NCBI GenBank assembly: GCA_965216785.1
Contig: OZ244197.1
Coordinates: 608,001 to 672,000 of the forward strand
DNA from: Thermodesulfobacteriota bacterium
GTDB lineage: Bacteria > Desulfobacterota_D > UBA1144 > Nemesobacterales > UBA2774
Reading direction: 5' to 3'
DNA length: 64,000 nucleotides
Below, piece by piece: positions 7,690 through 16,523 of the stretch. Made by a program: the position numbers and the translations under genes. The notes below the pieces were generated by a model. It ran no database searches and was not told the origin of the DNA. It saw only the letters and a program-made list of their open reading frames with translations. Within the stretch, counting starts at the first letter, position 1. The number at the start of each line of letters is the position of its first letter.

Positions 7690-10641
7690 ATGTTGAAGAG
7701 ATTTACAAACACATCCAAAAAACTATCACTTATACTCATAGCCGCCGCACTCACATACATTCTACTCGTATCGCCCTGGCCTGGAAGTCTGAAGAGTCCG
7801 GGCGGGGCCCAATCCCAAGCCCAAACAAACAATCTGAATATAACGCACGTCGTAATGCAGTACGTAAAGCGCTATTACGTCAACCAGGGGAATATAGAAC
7901 CGAAAGCTATGCTGATCGAGGGTCTCGGAACGCTTGAGAGAATACACGACCAGATACTCGTGGACTTTCCAAACGGGGAGGAGAGCGCGAGCTTTGAAGT
8001 CCAGGCAGTGGACGAGAAAGCGAGCTTTGATATGAGCCAGGTGGATGATCTGGATGACGTTACTAAAACGCTCGAGCAGGTCTTCGGATTTATAACTCCC
8101 CGCATATCGGACAAGGAACCAGAAATACAGGACGTGGAATACGCGGTACTTGACCAGATGCTTAAATCCCTGGATCAACACTCGGGAATAATTACCCCTG
8201 AGGTATATAAGGAGTTCATGATTGAAACAGAGGGGAGCTTCGGGGGACTCGGAATAGTGATCGGGATCAGGGACGGTGAGTTGACAGTAATTTCCCCGAT
8301 AGAAGGGACACCGGCTTACAGAGTGGGAATTAAGCCGAATGACAAGATCGTTCAGATAGAGCACGAATCTACAGTGAACATGTCGCTAATTGAGGCAGTG
8401 AGCAAGCTCAGAGGCCGTAAGGGTACAGACGTTACTATATATATAGATAGAGAGACCTTTCCCAAGCCTAAGGAATTTAGCATCACAAGGGACACGATCA
8501 AAATCGAGAGCGTAGAGACTTTCGATCTTGATGACGGGATAAGGTATGTGAGGATTAGGGATTTTCAAAAAAACACACTTGACAGCATTATTGAGAATTT
8601 GAATGACTCTCCTAACAGCCCGAGCGGTATGATCGTTGACCTAAGGGGCAACCCCGGAGGGCTGCTGGACCAGGCAGAGAGGATTTCGGACCTCTTTCTG
8701 ACAAGCGGAGTGATAGTTACTACAAAGGTGGGTAATTCCGCAAAACGCTACCATGCAAACGACAAGGACCACCAGTACGAGGGTAAGGTCGTTGTGCTGG
8801 TGGATTCGGGCTCGGCCAGCGCGTCTGAAATTTTGGCGGGAGCGCTTAAGAATAATGAGCGCGCCGTGGTGATAGGGGAGAGGACTTTCGGAAAGGGCTC
8901 TGTTCAGCAAATATTCGACATGACCGACGGCTCTGCCCTTAAACTCACAATAGCGCAGTACCTGACCCCGGGAGACATATCCATACAGGATGTGGGCGTG
9001 ACCCCGGATATCGTACTCCATCCCGCAATTATTACCGAGGACACGGTTGTATTCGATACTACCGCACCTAAACTTAGAAACAATAATGAGAAGAAGTCTA
9101 AAAAGAGCGAGCAGGAGCTTGAGAAACCGATTTATTCCATAAGGTACCTGGAAAGTAATTTTGTAGAGAACGATGACGAGGAACCTACACCTGAGGAAGC
9201 TTTAACCCGCGAGGAAAGGCTCGAGAAACTAAAGAATGATTTTTACGTATCTCTTGCAAAAGACATTCTACTTTCCTCAACCTCTCCTACCAGAGAGGAC
9301 TCCCTGGGCAAAATACAAGACAACATAGGCAAGATAACAAAGGACCAGGAAGATAAGATAGTAGATAAATGGCAGCTCATGGGAGTTGACTGGTCTACAT
9401 CTAAAACGAATGCCGGGAACTCGTCTGTATCAGTAAATGTTTTGCCGCCCCTCCCCACCGGAAAAGCAGGTGAGGAGCTTGAAGTAAAAGTAGAAGTGGA
9501 AAATACGGGTACCGAGCCGATCTACAGACTGCACGCAACGACTGATTCTGAGAACGTTATATTCGCGGGAAAAGAATTTATATTCGGCAAGCTCGCTCCG
9601 GGAGAAAAGAAATCCTGGACTACCACGGTAGAGCTGCCTAAATGGTCTCTCACCCGCCAAGACGGGATTACACTTGAGTTTATAGACGCAAACGACTCCA
9701 AGATAGGGGACTATGCTTTTAACGCTTCGATACAAGCGCTGCCGAGACCGCTTTACGCCTTTAATTATGAAATTGTGGATGACGGCAGATTAAGCTCGAG
9801 CGGCAACTCAAACGGGATAGCTGAGACCGGTGAGATGGTTACGCTGCTGCTTAGAGTTAAAAACATAGGTGACGGAACTTCAGAAAAAACGGTTTTATCA
9901 TTAAAAAACGAATCCGGTGAAAACATATTTCTCGATAAGGGCCGGGTCGAGCTCGAAATGCTTGAGCCCGGGGAGACAAGGGAAGCCGTATTTTCCTTCC
10001 ATTTGCTTAAGCCCTCTAATCTGATTGAGATGGAGCTGCAGATTGTGGACGAGATATTCAGGGAAGGAATTATGAGTAATGTTTTGATACCGGGAAAAAT
10101 AAAGGATACAGCGTTTACGCCGGAAGAATCTTTTGTAGCGGTGCCGCAGGCGAGCACGCCTATTAGAGGGGGGAGCTATCAGCAAGCCCCTATCATAGCG
10201 ATCTCTCAGAAGGACGCGGTCTTTAAAGCAATCGGAACGAACGGTAATTGGGTAAAAATAGAGCTCGATGATAGTCTTACCGGCTGGATAAATAAAAATA
10301 AGGTGCAGCCCGCTCAGAGTTCTAACGGCAAAATAGATGCAAAGGCATTATATATAGAAACTTTTGAGACCCCGCCGATAATCAGCATCAGCAGCCCTCC
10401 TCTTTTTACGAGTACGGGGACTGTGACCCTAAGCGGGGATGTAAACGATAACGACGGGATAGAGCTCATATCGGTCTTCGTCGGAGACGACAAGGTAGCG
10501 CTGCTGCCGTCCTCTCAAACCAAGGTGCCGGTATCGCTGGAGCTTGAGCTGGACGAGGAAGTAAACCTGATCACGATTATTGCTAAAGATACCAAGGGGC
10601 TCCTCTCAAAACAGAGTTTTGTTGTCAGAAAAGAGGGCTGA
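7690..10641 (+). CDS. S41 C-terminal processing protease, extended MXAN_5808-like architecture (PDZ, S41, Ig-like, SH3b-like)
   Basis: FGGLGIVI PDZ; DLRGNPGGLL; SASASEI (Ser); TFGKGSVQ (Lys); Ig-like repeats; WVKIELDDSLTGWI. Confidence 0.9.
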   Translation: MLKRFTNTSKKLSLILIAAALTYILLVSPWPGSLKSPGGAQSQAQTNNLNITHVVMQYVKRYYVNQGNIEPKAMLIEGLGTLERIHDQILVDFPNGEESASFEVQAVDEKASFDMSQVDDLDDVTKTLEQVFGFITPRISDKEPEIQDVEYAVLDQMLKSLDQHSGIITPEVYKEFMIETEGSFGGLGIVIGIRDGELTVISPIEGTPAYRVGIKPNDKIVQIEHESTVNMSLIEAVSKLRGRKGTDVTIYIDRETFPKPKEFSITRDTIKIESVETFDLDDGIRYVRIRDFQKNTLDSIIENLNDSPNSPSGMIVDLRGNPGGLLDQAERISDLFLTSGVIVTTKVGNSAKRYHANDKDHQYEGKVVVLVDSGSASASEILAGALKNNERAVVIGERTFGKGSVQQIFDMTDGSALKLTIAQYLTPGDISIQDVGVTPDIVLHPAIITEDTVVFDTTAPKLRNNNEKKSKKSEQELEKPIYSIRYLESNFVENDDEEPTPEEALTREERLEKLKNDFYVSLAKDILLSSTSPTREDSLGKIQDNIGKITKDQEDKIVDKWQLMGVDWSTSKTNAGNSSVSVNVLPPLPTGKAGEELEVKVEVENTGTEPIYRLHATTDSENVIFAGKEFIFGKLAPGEKKSWTTTVELPKWSLTRQDGITLEFIDANDSKIGDYAFNASIQALPRPLYAFNYEIVDDGRLSSSGNSNGIAETGEMVTLLLRVKNIGDGTSEKTVLSLKNESGENIFLDKGRVELEMLEPGETREAVFSFHLLKPSNLIEMELQIVDEIFREGIMSNVLIPGKIKDTAFTPEESFVAVPQASTPIRGGSYQQAPIIAISQKDAVFKAIGTNGNWVKIELDDSLTGWINKNKVQPAQSSNGKIDAKALYIETFETPPIISISSPPLFTSTGTVTLSGDVNDNDGIELISVFVGDDKVALLPSSQTKVPVSLELELDEEVNLITIIAKDTKGLLSKQSFVVRKEG

Positions 10642-10656
10642 CCAAGGGTTCCGGGC

Positions 10657-11589
10657 TTGATATTAAAATTCATACTGAGCCGACTATTCACCGGAATTTT
10701 CGTCATAATCGCAGTAGTCACGATTACTTTTTTTCTGTTGAGAGCGCTTCCCGGAGGCCCCTTTGATACGGAAAAGAAACTACCCCCAGAGATACAAAAA
10801 AATATAGAGGCGAAGTATAATCTGAATGAGCCCGTATGGAAACAGTACCTACTGTACGTAAAAGGGCTTTCGAGCGGGGATTTCGGTCCGTCATATAAAT
10901 ACATTGACAGATCGGTTAACGATATCATAAAGGAGACGCTGCCGGTCTCGGCAGAGCTCGGGGTCATCGCGCTCATTTTGTCCATAGCGATAGGGAGCGT
11001 TTTCGGAATCTTATCGGCAACTAAGCCGAGCGGATTTTTAGACTTCCTTTCCGTGTCCGTTTCAACCGCACTAGTTTCGGTGCCGAGCTTTGTAGTCGGC
11101 GCTGTGCTTATATACGTGTTCGCGGTTAAACTGAGATGGCTTCCGGCAGCTCTTTGGGACGGTCCTAAGTACATCGTGCTTCCGGCGCTTACCCTTGCCG
11201 CAGGACCCGCAGCATATCTGGCGCGCCTCATAAGGGCGAGTATGCTCGAAACCTCAGGGGCGCTCTTCATAAGAACCGCCCGCGCAAAAGGCCTTAGTGA
11301 ATTTGTTGTAACGACAAGACATATACTGAGAAACGCACTTATTCCGGTAGTGACCGTAATGGGACCGATTACGGCTTTTCTGATTACAGGCTCCTTTGTG
11401 GTAGAGCACATATTCGCAATACCGGGAATCGGTAAATTTTTTGTGCTCGCGGTCTCAAACAGAGACTATCCGCTGGTAATGGGAATTACGATTGTATATA
11501 CGATCGTCCTGGTACTGGCCAACCTGGTAGTGGACCTTTGCTATGTGCTTCTCGATCCTCGGATAAAGTTTGACAAGGGCGGGATATAG
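10657..11589 (+). CDS. oppB: Oligopeptide/dipeptide ABC transporter permease (OppB/DppB type)
   Basis: LPGGPF; GDFGPSY; TARAKGL EAA motif; RDYPLVMG; LDPRI. Confidence 0.9.
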   Translation: MILKFILSRLFTGIFVIIAVVTITFFLLRALPGGPFDTEKKLPPEIQKNIEAKYNLNEPVWKQYLLYVKGLSSGDFGPSYKYIDRSVNDIIKETLPVSAELGVIALILSIAIGSVFGILSATKPSGFLDFLSVSVSTALVSVPSFVVGAVLIYVFAVKLRWLPAALWDGPKYIVLPALTLAAGPAAYLARLIRASMLETSGALFIRTARAKGLSEFVVTTRHILRNALIPVVTVMGPITAFLITGSFVVEHIFAIPGIGKFFVLAVSNRDYPLVMGITIVYTIVLVLANLVVDLCYVLLDPRIKFDKGGI

Positions 11590-11592
11590 CTG

Positions 11593-12330
11593 ATGAGAAA
11601 CATAAAGCTCGTAATAGAATATGACGGCTCTGAGTACCACGGGTGGCAGCGCCAACCCGACGGCCCTACAATTCAGGAAACGATCGAGAATTCGCTTAGT
11701 GAAATTACGGGCGAGGAAATTGTTATATACGGCTCGGGCAGAACCGATTCAGGTGTACACGCGTTAGGACAGGTAGCTAACTTTAATACACAAAGCGCAA
11801 TCACGGCAGAGGAATTTCAAAAGGGACTAAATTCGATACTCCCCAAAGATATAGTGATACTCGGCTCCGAAGAGGCCCATGCCGAATTCCATGCTCAGTT
11901 TTCCTCCAAAAGTAAGGAATATGTATATAAGTTGTTAAACCGTCCTTACGGATCGGCGCTTTTAAGAAAAAGGGTGTGGCACGTTCCTTACAGTCTAACA
12001 CTAGACTCTATGTGTGAAGCCGCAAGTGAGCTTATTGGTGAGCACGATTTCAGCGCTTTCGCTCAGGCAGGCACGGATGTGAAGAGTAAAGTTAGAACCG
12101 TAATCTCAGCTGAGTTCAACAGAAGCGGCAATGATATGATTGAATTTACGATCGAGGCGGATGGTTTTCTGAAACGGATGGTAAGACTGATCGTAGGGAC
12201 TCTGGTACAGGTGGGAAAGGGAAGACTGAGCCCCGTAGAGTTTTCCGATATATCAAATTCGGGGAATAAGAACAAATTTGTTCTAGCTGCTCCTGCTACC
12301 GGCCTATACCTTAAAGAGGTTAAATACTAA
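11593..12330 (+). CDS. truA: tRNA pseudouridine(38-40) synthase
   Basis: IEYDGSEYHGWQRQ; SGRTDSGVHALGQV; GEHDFSAF; GLYLKEVKY. Confidence 0.97.
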   Translation: MRNIKLVIEYDGSEYHGWQRQPDGPTIQETIENSLSEITGEEIVIYGSGRTDSGVHALGQVANFNTQSAITAEEFQKGLNSILPKDIVILGSEEAHAEFHAQFSSKSKEYVYKLLNRPYGSALLRKRVWHVPYSLTLDSMCEAASELIGEHDFSAFAQAGTDVKSKVRTVISAEFNRSGNDMIEFTIEADGFLKRMVRLIVGTLVQVGKGRLSPVEFSDISNSGNKNKFVLAAPATGLYLKEVKY

Positions 12331-12388
12331 GGTAATATATCAGCCGTAATTTGACAGGCCTGTACATGAAAAACAAAGAGGTGAAGAA

Positions 12389-13147
12389 ATGAAATATGTG
12401 AGATTCAGCGACAATGGCTCGATTGCAAGATACGGAGTGCTTGAAGGAGATACAGTAAAGGAAATCGAGGGCGAGATATTTGGTGACCATAAAATCACGG
12501 ATAAAGCCTACATAAGAAGTGAGGTAAAGATACTTCCACCCTGCGAGCCTACGAAGATAGTGGCTATAGGTCTTAACTACAGTGATCACGCCGAGGAAAT
12601 GGGGAGCGAGCTGCCTGAAGAGCCCCGTATGTTTTTAAAGCCCCACACCGCGGTTATAGCAGACGGGGAGAAAATCGAATACCCTGACCACATGTCGCAG
12701 AGGGTCGATTTTGAGGGAGAGCTAGGAGTAGTAATAGGAAAGAAGGCAAGCTATGTAAATAAAAACGATGCCATGGACTATGTGTTCGGGTATACGTGCA
12801 TGAACGACGTTACGGCCCGCGATCTACAGAAAAAAGATATACAGTTCACACGGGCAAAGGGATTTGACACTTTCGCTCCCATGGGGCCCGTGATTGAGAC
12901 AGAGCTTGACCCCGGAGGGCTTGAAATCAGGACTAATCTTAACGGGGAGTTAAAACAGCACTCAAACACATCTCACCTGATTTTTAATGTTCCGCACCTA
13001 GTGAGCTTTATCTCTCAGGTGATGACGCTCCTTCCAGGAGATGTAATCTCAACGGGAACTCCCGAGGGGGTAGCTCCTATGAAAAAAGGGGATAAGGTTG
13101 AAGTAACGGTAGAGGGCATAGGAACTCTTACAAATTATGTAGATTAA
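12389..13147 (+). CDS. Fumarylacetoacetate hydrolase family protein
   Basis: GLNYSDH; FLKP; DFEGELGVVIGK; NDVTARDLQ; AKGFDTF; STGTPEGV. Confidence 0.93.
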   Translation: MKYVRFSDNGSIARYGVLEGDTVKEIEGEIFGDHKITDKAYIRSEVKILPPCEPTKIVAIGLNYSDHAEEMGSELPEEPRMFLKPHTAVIADGEKIEYPDHMSQRVDFEGELGVVIGKKASYVNKNDAMDYVFGYTCMNDVTARDLQKKDIQFTRAKGFDTFAPMGPVIETELDPGGLEIRTNLNGELKQHSNTSHLIFNVPHLVSFISQVMTLLPGDVISTGTPEGVAPMKKGDKVEVTVEGIGTLTNYVD

Positions 13148-13162
13148 TAAAAGCTTGGATTT

Positions 13163-15208
13163 TTAGGGTGTCGGCTGCCGCATTTCTAATATTGAGCGGG
13201 CTTCTTGAAGAGCACTGCCCTGTATACCTTTATTTATAGCTAATCTCGCCTGAGTTTTGGCTTTCTGTATATTTCCGAGCCGTGCGTATATTACTGCAAG
13301 CTTGAGATGAGACTCGGCTATAGCATCTTTTAAATCGACCGACTTTTCCAAATGCACCCGGGCAACCTCAAAAAATTGAGGATTTTGTTCCATCTCCCCT
13401 TTTATCAAATAAATACTCCCCAGTAGGTAATAGGCATAGGAGTGTTCGGGGTTTAGCTCGGTTACCCTGATTAAGTATTCCTCAGCGCTGTCGGGATCAT
13501 TTTTCTTAAGGGAAAAAAGAGCCATATTAAGATTAAATTTCCCTTTGTACTCAGGTTTTAGCGATAGAGCCGCTTTGAATGATCTCTCGGCGCTATCAAA
13601 ATCGCCCTCGTTTAAATAAAGCTGTCCGAGACTCTCTGCAGCCAGAGCTTTAGTCTTGTTATTGCCGTAGGTTTTGGGGCTGAGAGCATCGGTGTATTGA
13701 ACTATGGCTTCATCACTCATATTGGCAGTTATGAGAGCGTTTGCATAATTCATTTTAGGAACGATTTCTCTTGGAGATTTTGAGACTGCGTACTCCCACA
13801 AGCTGAGCTCATTTTTCCATATAACCTGCCCTTTTACAGTCATGAAAATAAAAGATAGACATAGAGCCGCTCCGAAAAGATATGAAAGCTTAACGCGGCC
13901 AAATCTTATGCCCGTATGAATGATTACATAACCTGCCAGGAGGCAAAAACCTGCCGAGGGTATGTAGAGGAACCTTTCGGCAAACCTGGTAATAGCCAGG
14001 GGGAAGATGGCAATCATAACAGCGGGACCTAGTGTGGCGAAGATCCAGAGTAAAGAGAACCCGGTTACGTTCTCTTTTTTCCTGACAGATACAATGGCGA
14101 CAACTATGAGCGCGGCAATAACTATGATTGATATCATTGTATAGAGCAGATCACCGCCGGGTATTGTTCCGATGAAGGGGTTTAGATCGAAAGGAAAAAC
14201 GAGCTTCTTAAGATAGAATAGATAGGAGTTCAGGAAGATTGTTACAACTTCCCCTATCTGAGATCCGGCACCTGAGCTCAGGTACTCGCGATTGCTCAGT
14301 ATATCCATAAAGCTCATACGTTTTTGGGACCTTAAAAAAAGATAAGTAACAAAAGCAAGACCGAGGATAAGATATTTAAACAAATTAAGCCTGCTTTTTA
14401 TCCTGCGGCTGATAAGATCGAACCCGACTATAACAATAGGAAACGAAAGGGCTACCTCCTTGGATAGAAACGATAGATAAAAACTAATTGCCGCGGGCAC
14501 GATGTAGAGAAAACGCCTGTACGAGAGCAAGTAAAAAATAAAAGTCAGAAAGAAAAACACTGCCGCAAGAATATCGCCTCTCGCAGCTATAAACGAAACG
14601 GATTCTACGTGAAGCGGATAAAGCGCAAACAGCATTGATGAAAGAAACGCTACGGGATATCTGGCAGACACTTTGAACTCTTTTAAAACGAGAAGGAACA
14701 GGAAATACATAAGTATTGTAGATATGGAATACAAAATAATATTTGTCAGGTGAAAACCCAGAGGAGAGCTGCCCCAGAGCTTTGCGTCAATAATAATTGA
14801 ATACATGAATACCGGCCTGAAATATTTTTGTGTGTTTTTAGATTTGCGTTCCTTTCCATCTATCTTATTCTTGCGCGTTCTATTTTTTCTTTCTTTCTTA
14901 GATTTACTCGGAGAATCGAGATTGAGCCTGCGCCTTTCCTTTCTTTTTTTTCTAGCCTCGCTTCGGTTGCGATCCTGGGAAATTAAGTCTTTTATGCTAA
15001 GTTCTTGTCTCTGGAGCTGGTTGATGCGTTTTTTTATAAAGCTTATGTCGTCCCAAACAAAGTCGCTTGAGAGAGAGGGGACAAATACCGCAAACGAGAC
15101 AAGGAAGAGAAAGACTGAAACAAAAACGCAGTTATTAAAGAGGCTTTTGATTATATTGGAAGGGCTTTTTTCGATTTCATGTAAACCCTCTTTGTTTTTA
15201 CTATTCAT
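13163..15208 (-). CDS. TMTC-like GT-C membrane glycosyltransferase with C-terminal TPRs
   Basis: FVWDD; YFRP; GFHLTN; YPLHVESVSFIAARGD; LSKE; AERFLYIPS; WKNELSLW; TPR repeats. Confidence 0.85.
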   Translation of the reverse strand: MNSKNKEGLHEIEKSPSNIIKSLFNNCVFVSVFLFLVSFAVFVPSLSSDFVWDDISFIKKRINQLQRQELSIKDLISQDRNRSEARKKRKERRRLNLDSPSKSKKERKNRTRKNKIDGKERKSKNTQKYFRPVFMYSIIIDAKLWGSSPLGFHLTNIILYSISTILMYFLFLLVLKEFKVSARYPVAFLSSMLFALYPLHVESVSFIAARGDILAAVFFFLTFIFYLLSYRRFLYIVPAAISFYLSFLSKEVALSFPIVIVGFDLISRRIKSRLNLFKYLILGLAFVTYLFLRSQKRMSFMDILSNREYLSSGAGSQIGEVVTIFLNSYLFYLKKLVFPFDLNPFIGTIPGGDLLYTMISIIVIAALIVVAIVSVRKKENVTGFSLLWIFATLGPAVMIAIFPLAITRFAERFLYIPSAGFCLLAGYVIIHTGIRFGRVKLSYLFGAALCLSFIFMTVKGQVIWKNELSLWEYAVSKSPREIVPKMNYANALITANMSDEAIVQYTDALSPKTYGNNKTKALAAESLGQLYLNEGDFDSAERSFKAALSLKPEYKGKFNLNMALFSLKKNDPDSAEEYLIRVTELNPEHSYAYYLLGSIYLIKGEMEQNPQFFEVARVHLEKSVDLKDAIAESHLKLAVIYARLGNIQKAKTQARLAINKGIQGSALQEARSILEMRQPTP

Positions 15209-15407
15209 ATCGAGTGTATTATTCCGGGCAACTTATATATTGTGTGGATAATTTATCTGCTCCGAAAGACTAATACCAATTAAATTGAAGACGCAACTCG
15301 AATCGATAAGAGTTTTGCCGACCAGCCTGTAAGCCAAATTATTTTACAACCACTGACCGGTGGGTAAAATACGGGACTTTAATAATGGACGAGAAAGGAG
15401 AATTAAA

Positions 15408-16481
15408 TTGCCTAAAGTACTGGTTTTGTCGGGAGACGGAATAGGGGTTGAAGTTACACAGGTGAGCCTTGATTTACTTGAAATAGTAGGCGAGAAGCAC
15501 GGAATAGAATTTGAGTTTGAGAAAGCTCACTTCGGAGGCTCTTCGCTTGACGCGCACGGTGTACCGGTAACTGAGGAGGTGCTGGAAAAAGCAAAATCCT
15601 CTGACGCCGTGTTAATGGGCGCCGTAGGGGGCCCGAAATGGGAATCTCACGAGCACGAGTTAAAGCCTGAGAGCGGGCTGCTCGCGCTTAGAAAAGAGCT
15701 CGACGCATTCGCTAACCTAAGACCCGCAGTTGTGTACCCGGCCCTTGCAGACGCATCGAGCCTGAAGAGAGAAGTTGTAGAAGGCACGGATATAATGGTC
15801 GTGAGGGAGCTTACCGGGGGCATATATTTCGGAAAACCAAGAGGCATCGAGGATATTCCCGGGGGCGGCAAAAAAGCATACAACACCCTAGTATACAATA
15901 CGGAAGAGGTGGAGAGGATCGCAAGAGTCGCATTTGATATCGCAAGAAAGAGGAAAAAGAGGCTGACCTCTATTGATAAATCAAACGTGCTTGAGGTAAT
16001 GCAGTTCTGGAGAGATATCGTAAGCAGGATTCAGGAAAACGAATACCCGGACATTGAGCTTGACCACCTGTATGTGGATAACGCAGCGATGCAGCTCATC
16101 AGAAGACCAAAGAGCTTTGACGTGATACTTGCGGGTAATATGTTCGGTGATATTATCAGCGACGAGGCAGCGCAATTGACGGGATCGCTGGGGATGCTGC
16201 CATCGGCGAGTATCGGGAAAGGAGCGATATACGAGCCTGTCCACGGGAGCGCCCCTGACATAGCGGGGCAAGACCTGGCAAACCCGATAGCTTCGGTTCT
16301 AACCTCGGCTATGATGCTCAAATATTCACTCAACCAGGACGAGGCCGCAAAGGAGCTCGAGCAGGCGGTTGAAGCTGTGCTTGAAAAAGGTTACAGAACG
16401 GCTGACATATACCATGAAGGAACAAAGAAAGTAGGTTGTGAGGAAATGGGGAGTCTCCTCAAGACTGAAATTAAGGCATAG
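15408..16481 (+). CDS. leuB: 3-isopropylmalate dehydrogenase
   Basis: GDGIGVEV; GAVGGPKW; VRELTGGIYFG; NMFGDIISDEA; EPVHGSAPDIAG. TTG start at 15408 after AAGGAG. Confidence 0.96.
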   Translation: MPKVLVLSGDGIGVEVTQVSLDLLEIVGEKHGIEFEFEKAHFGGSSLDAHGVPVTEEVLEKAKSSDAVLMGAVGGPKWESHEHELKPESGLLALRKELDAFANLRPAVVYPALADASSLKREVVEGTDIMVVRELTGGIYFGKPRGIEDIPGGGKKAYNTLVYNTEEVERIARVAFDIARKRKKRLTSIDKSNVLEVMQFWRDIVSRIQENEYPDIELDHLYVDNAAMQLIRRPKSFDVILAGNMFGDIISDEAAQLTGSLGMLPSASIGKGAIYEPVHGSAPDIAGQDLANPIASVLTSAMMLKYSLNQDEAAKELEQAVEAVLEKGYRTADIYHEGTKKVGCEEMGSLLKTEIKA

Positions 16482-16523
16482 AATGAATATTCTATTCTCT
16501 ATATTTCCGATACTATAAATCGC

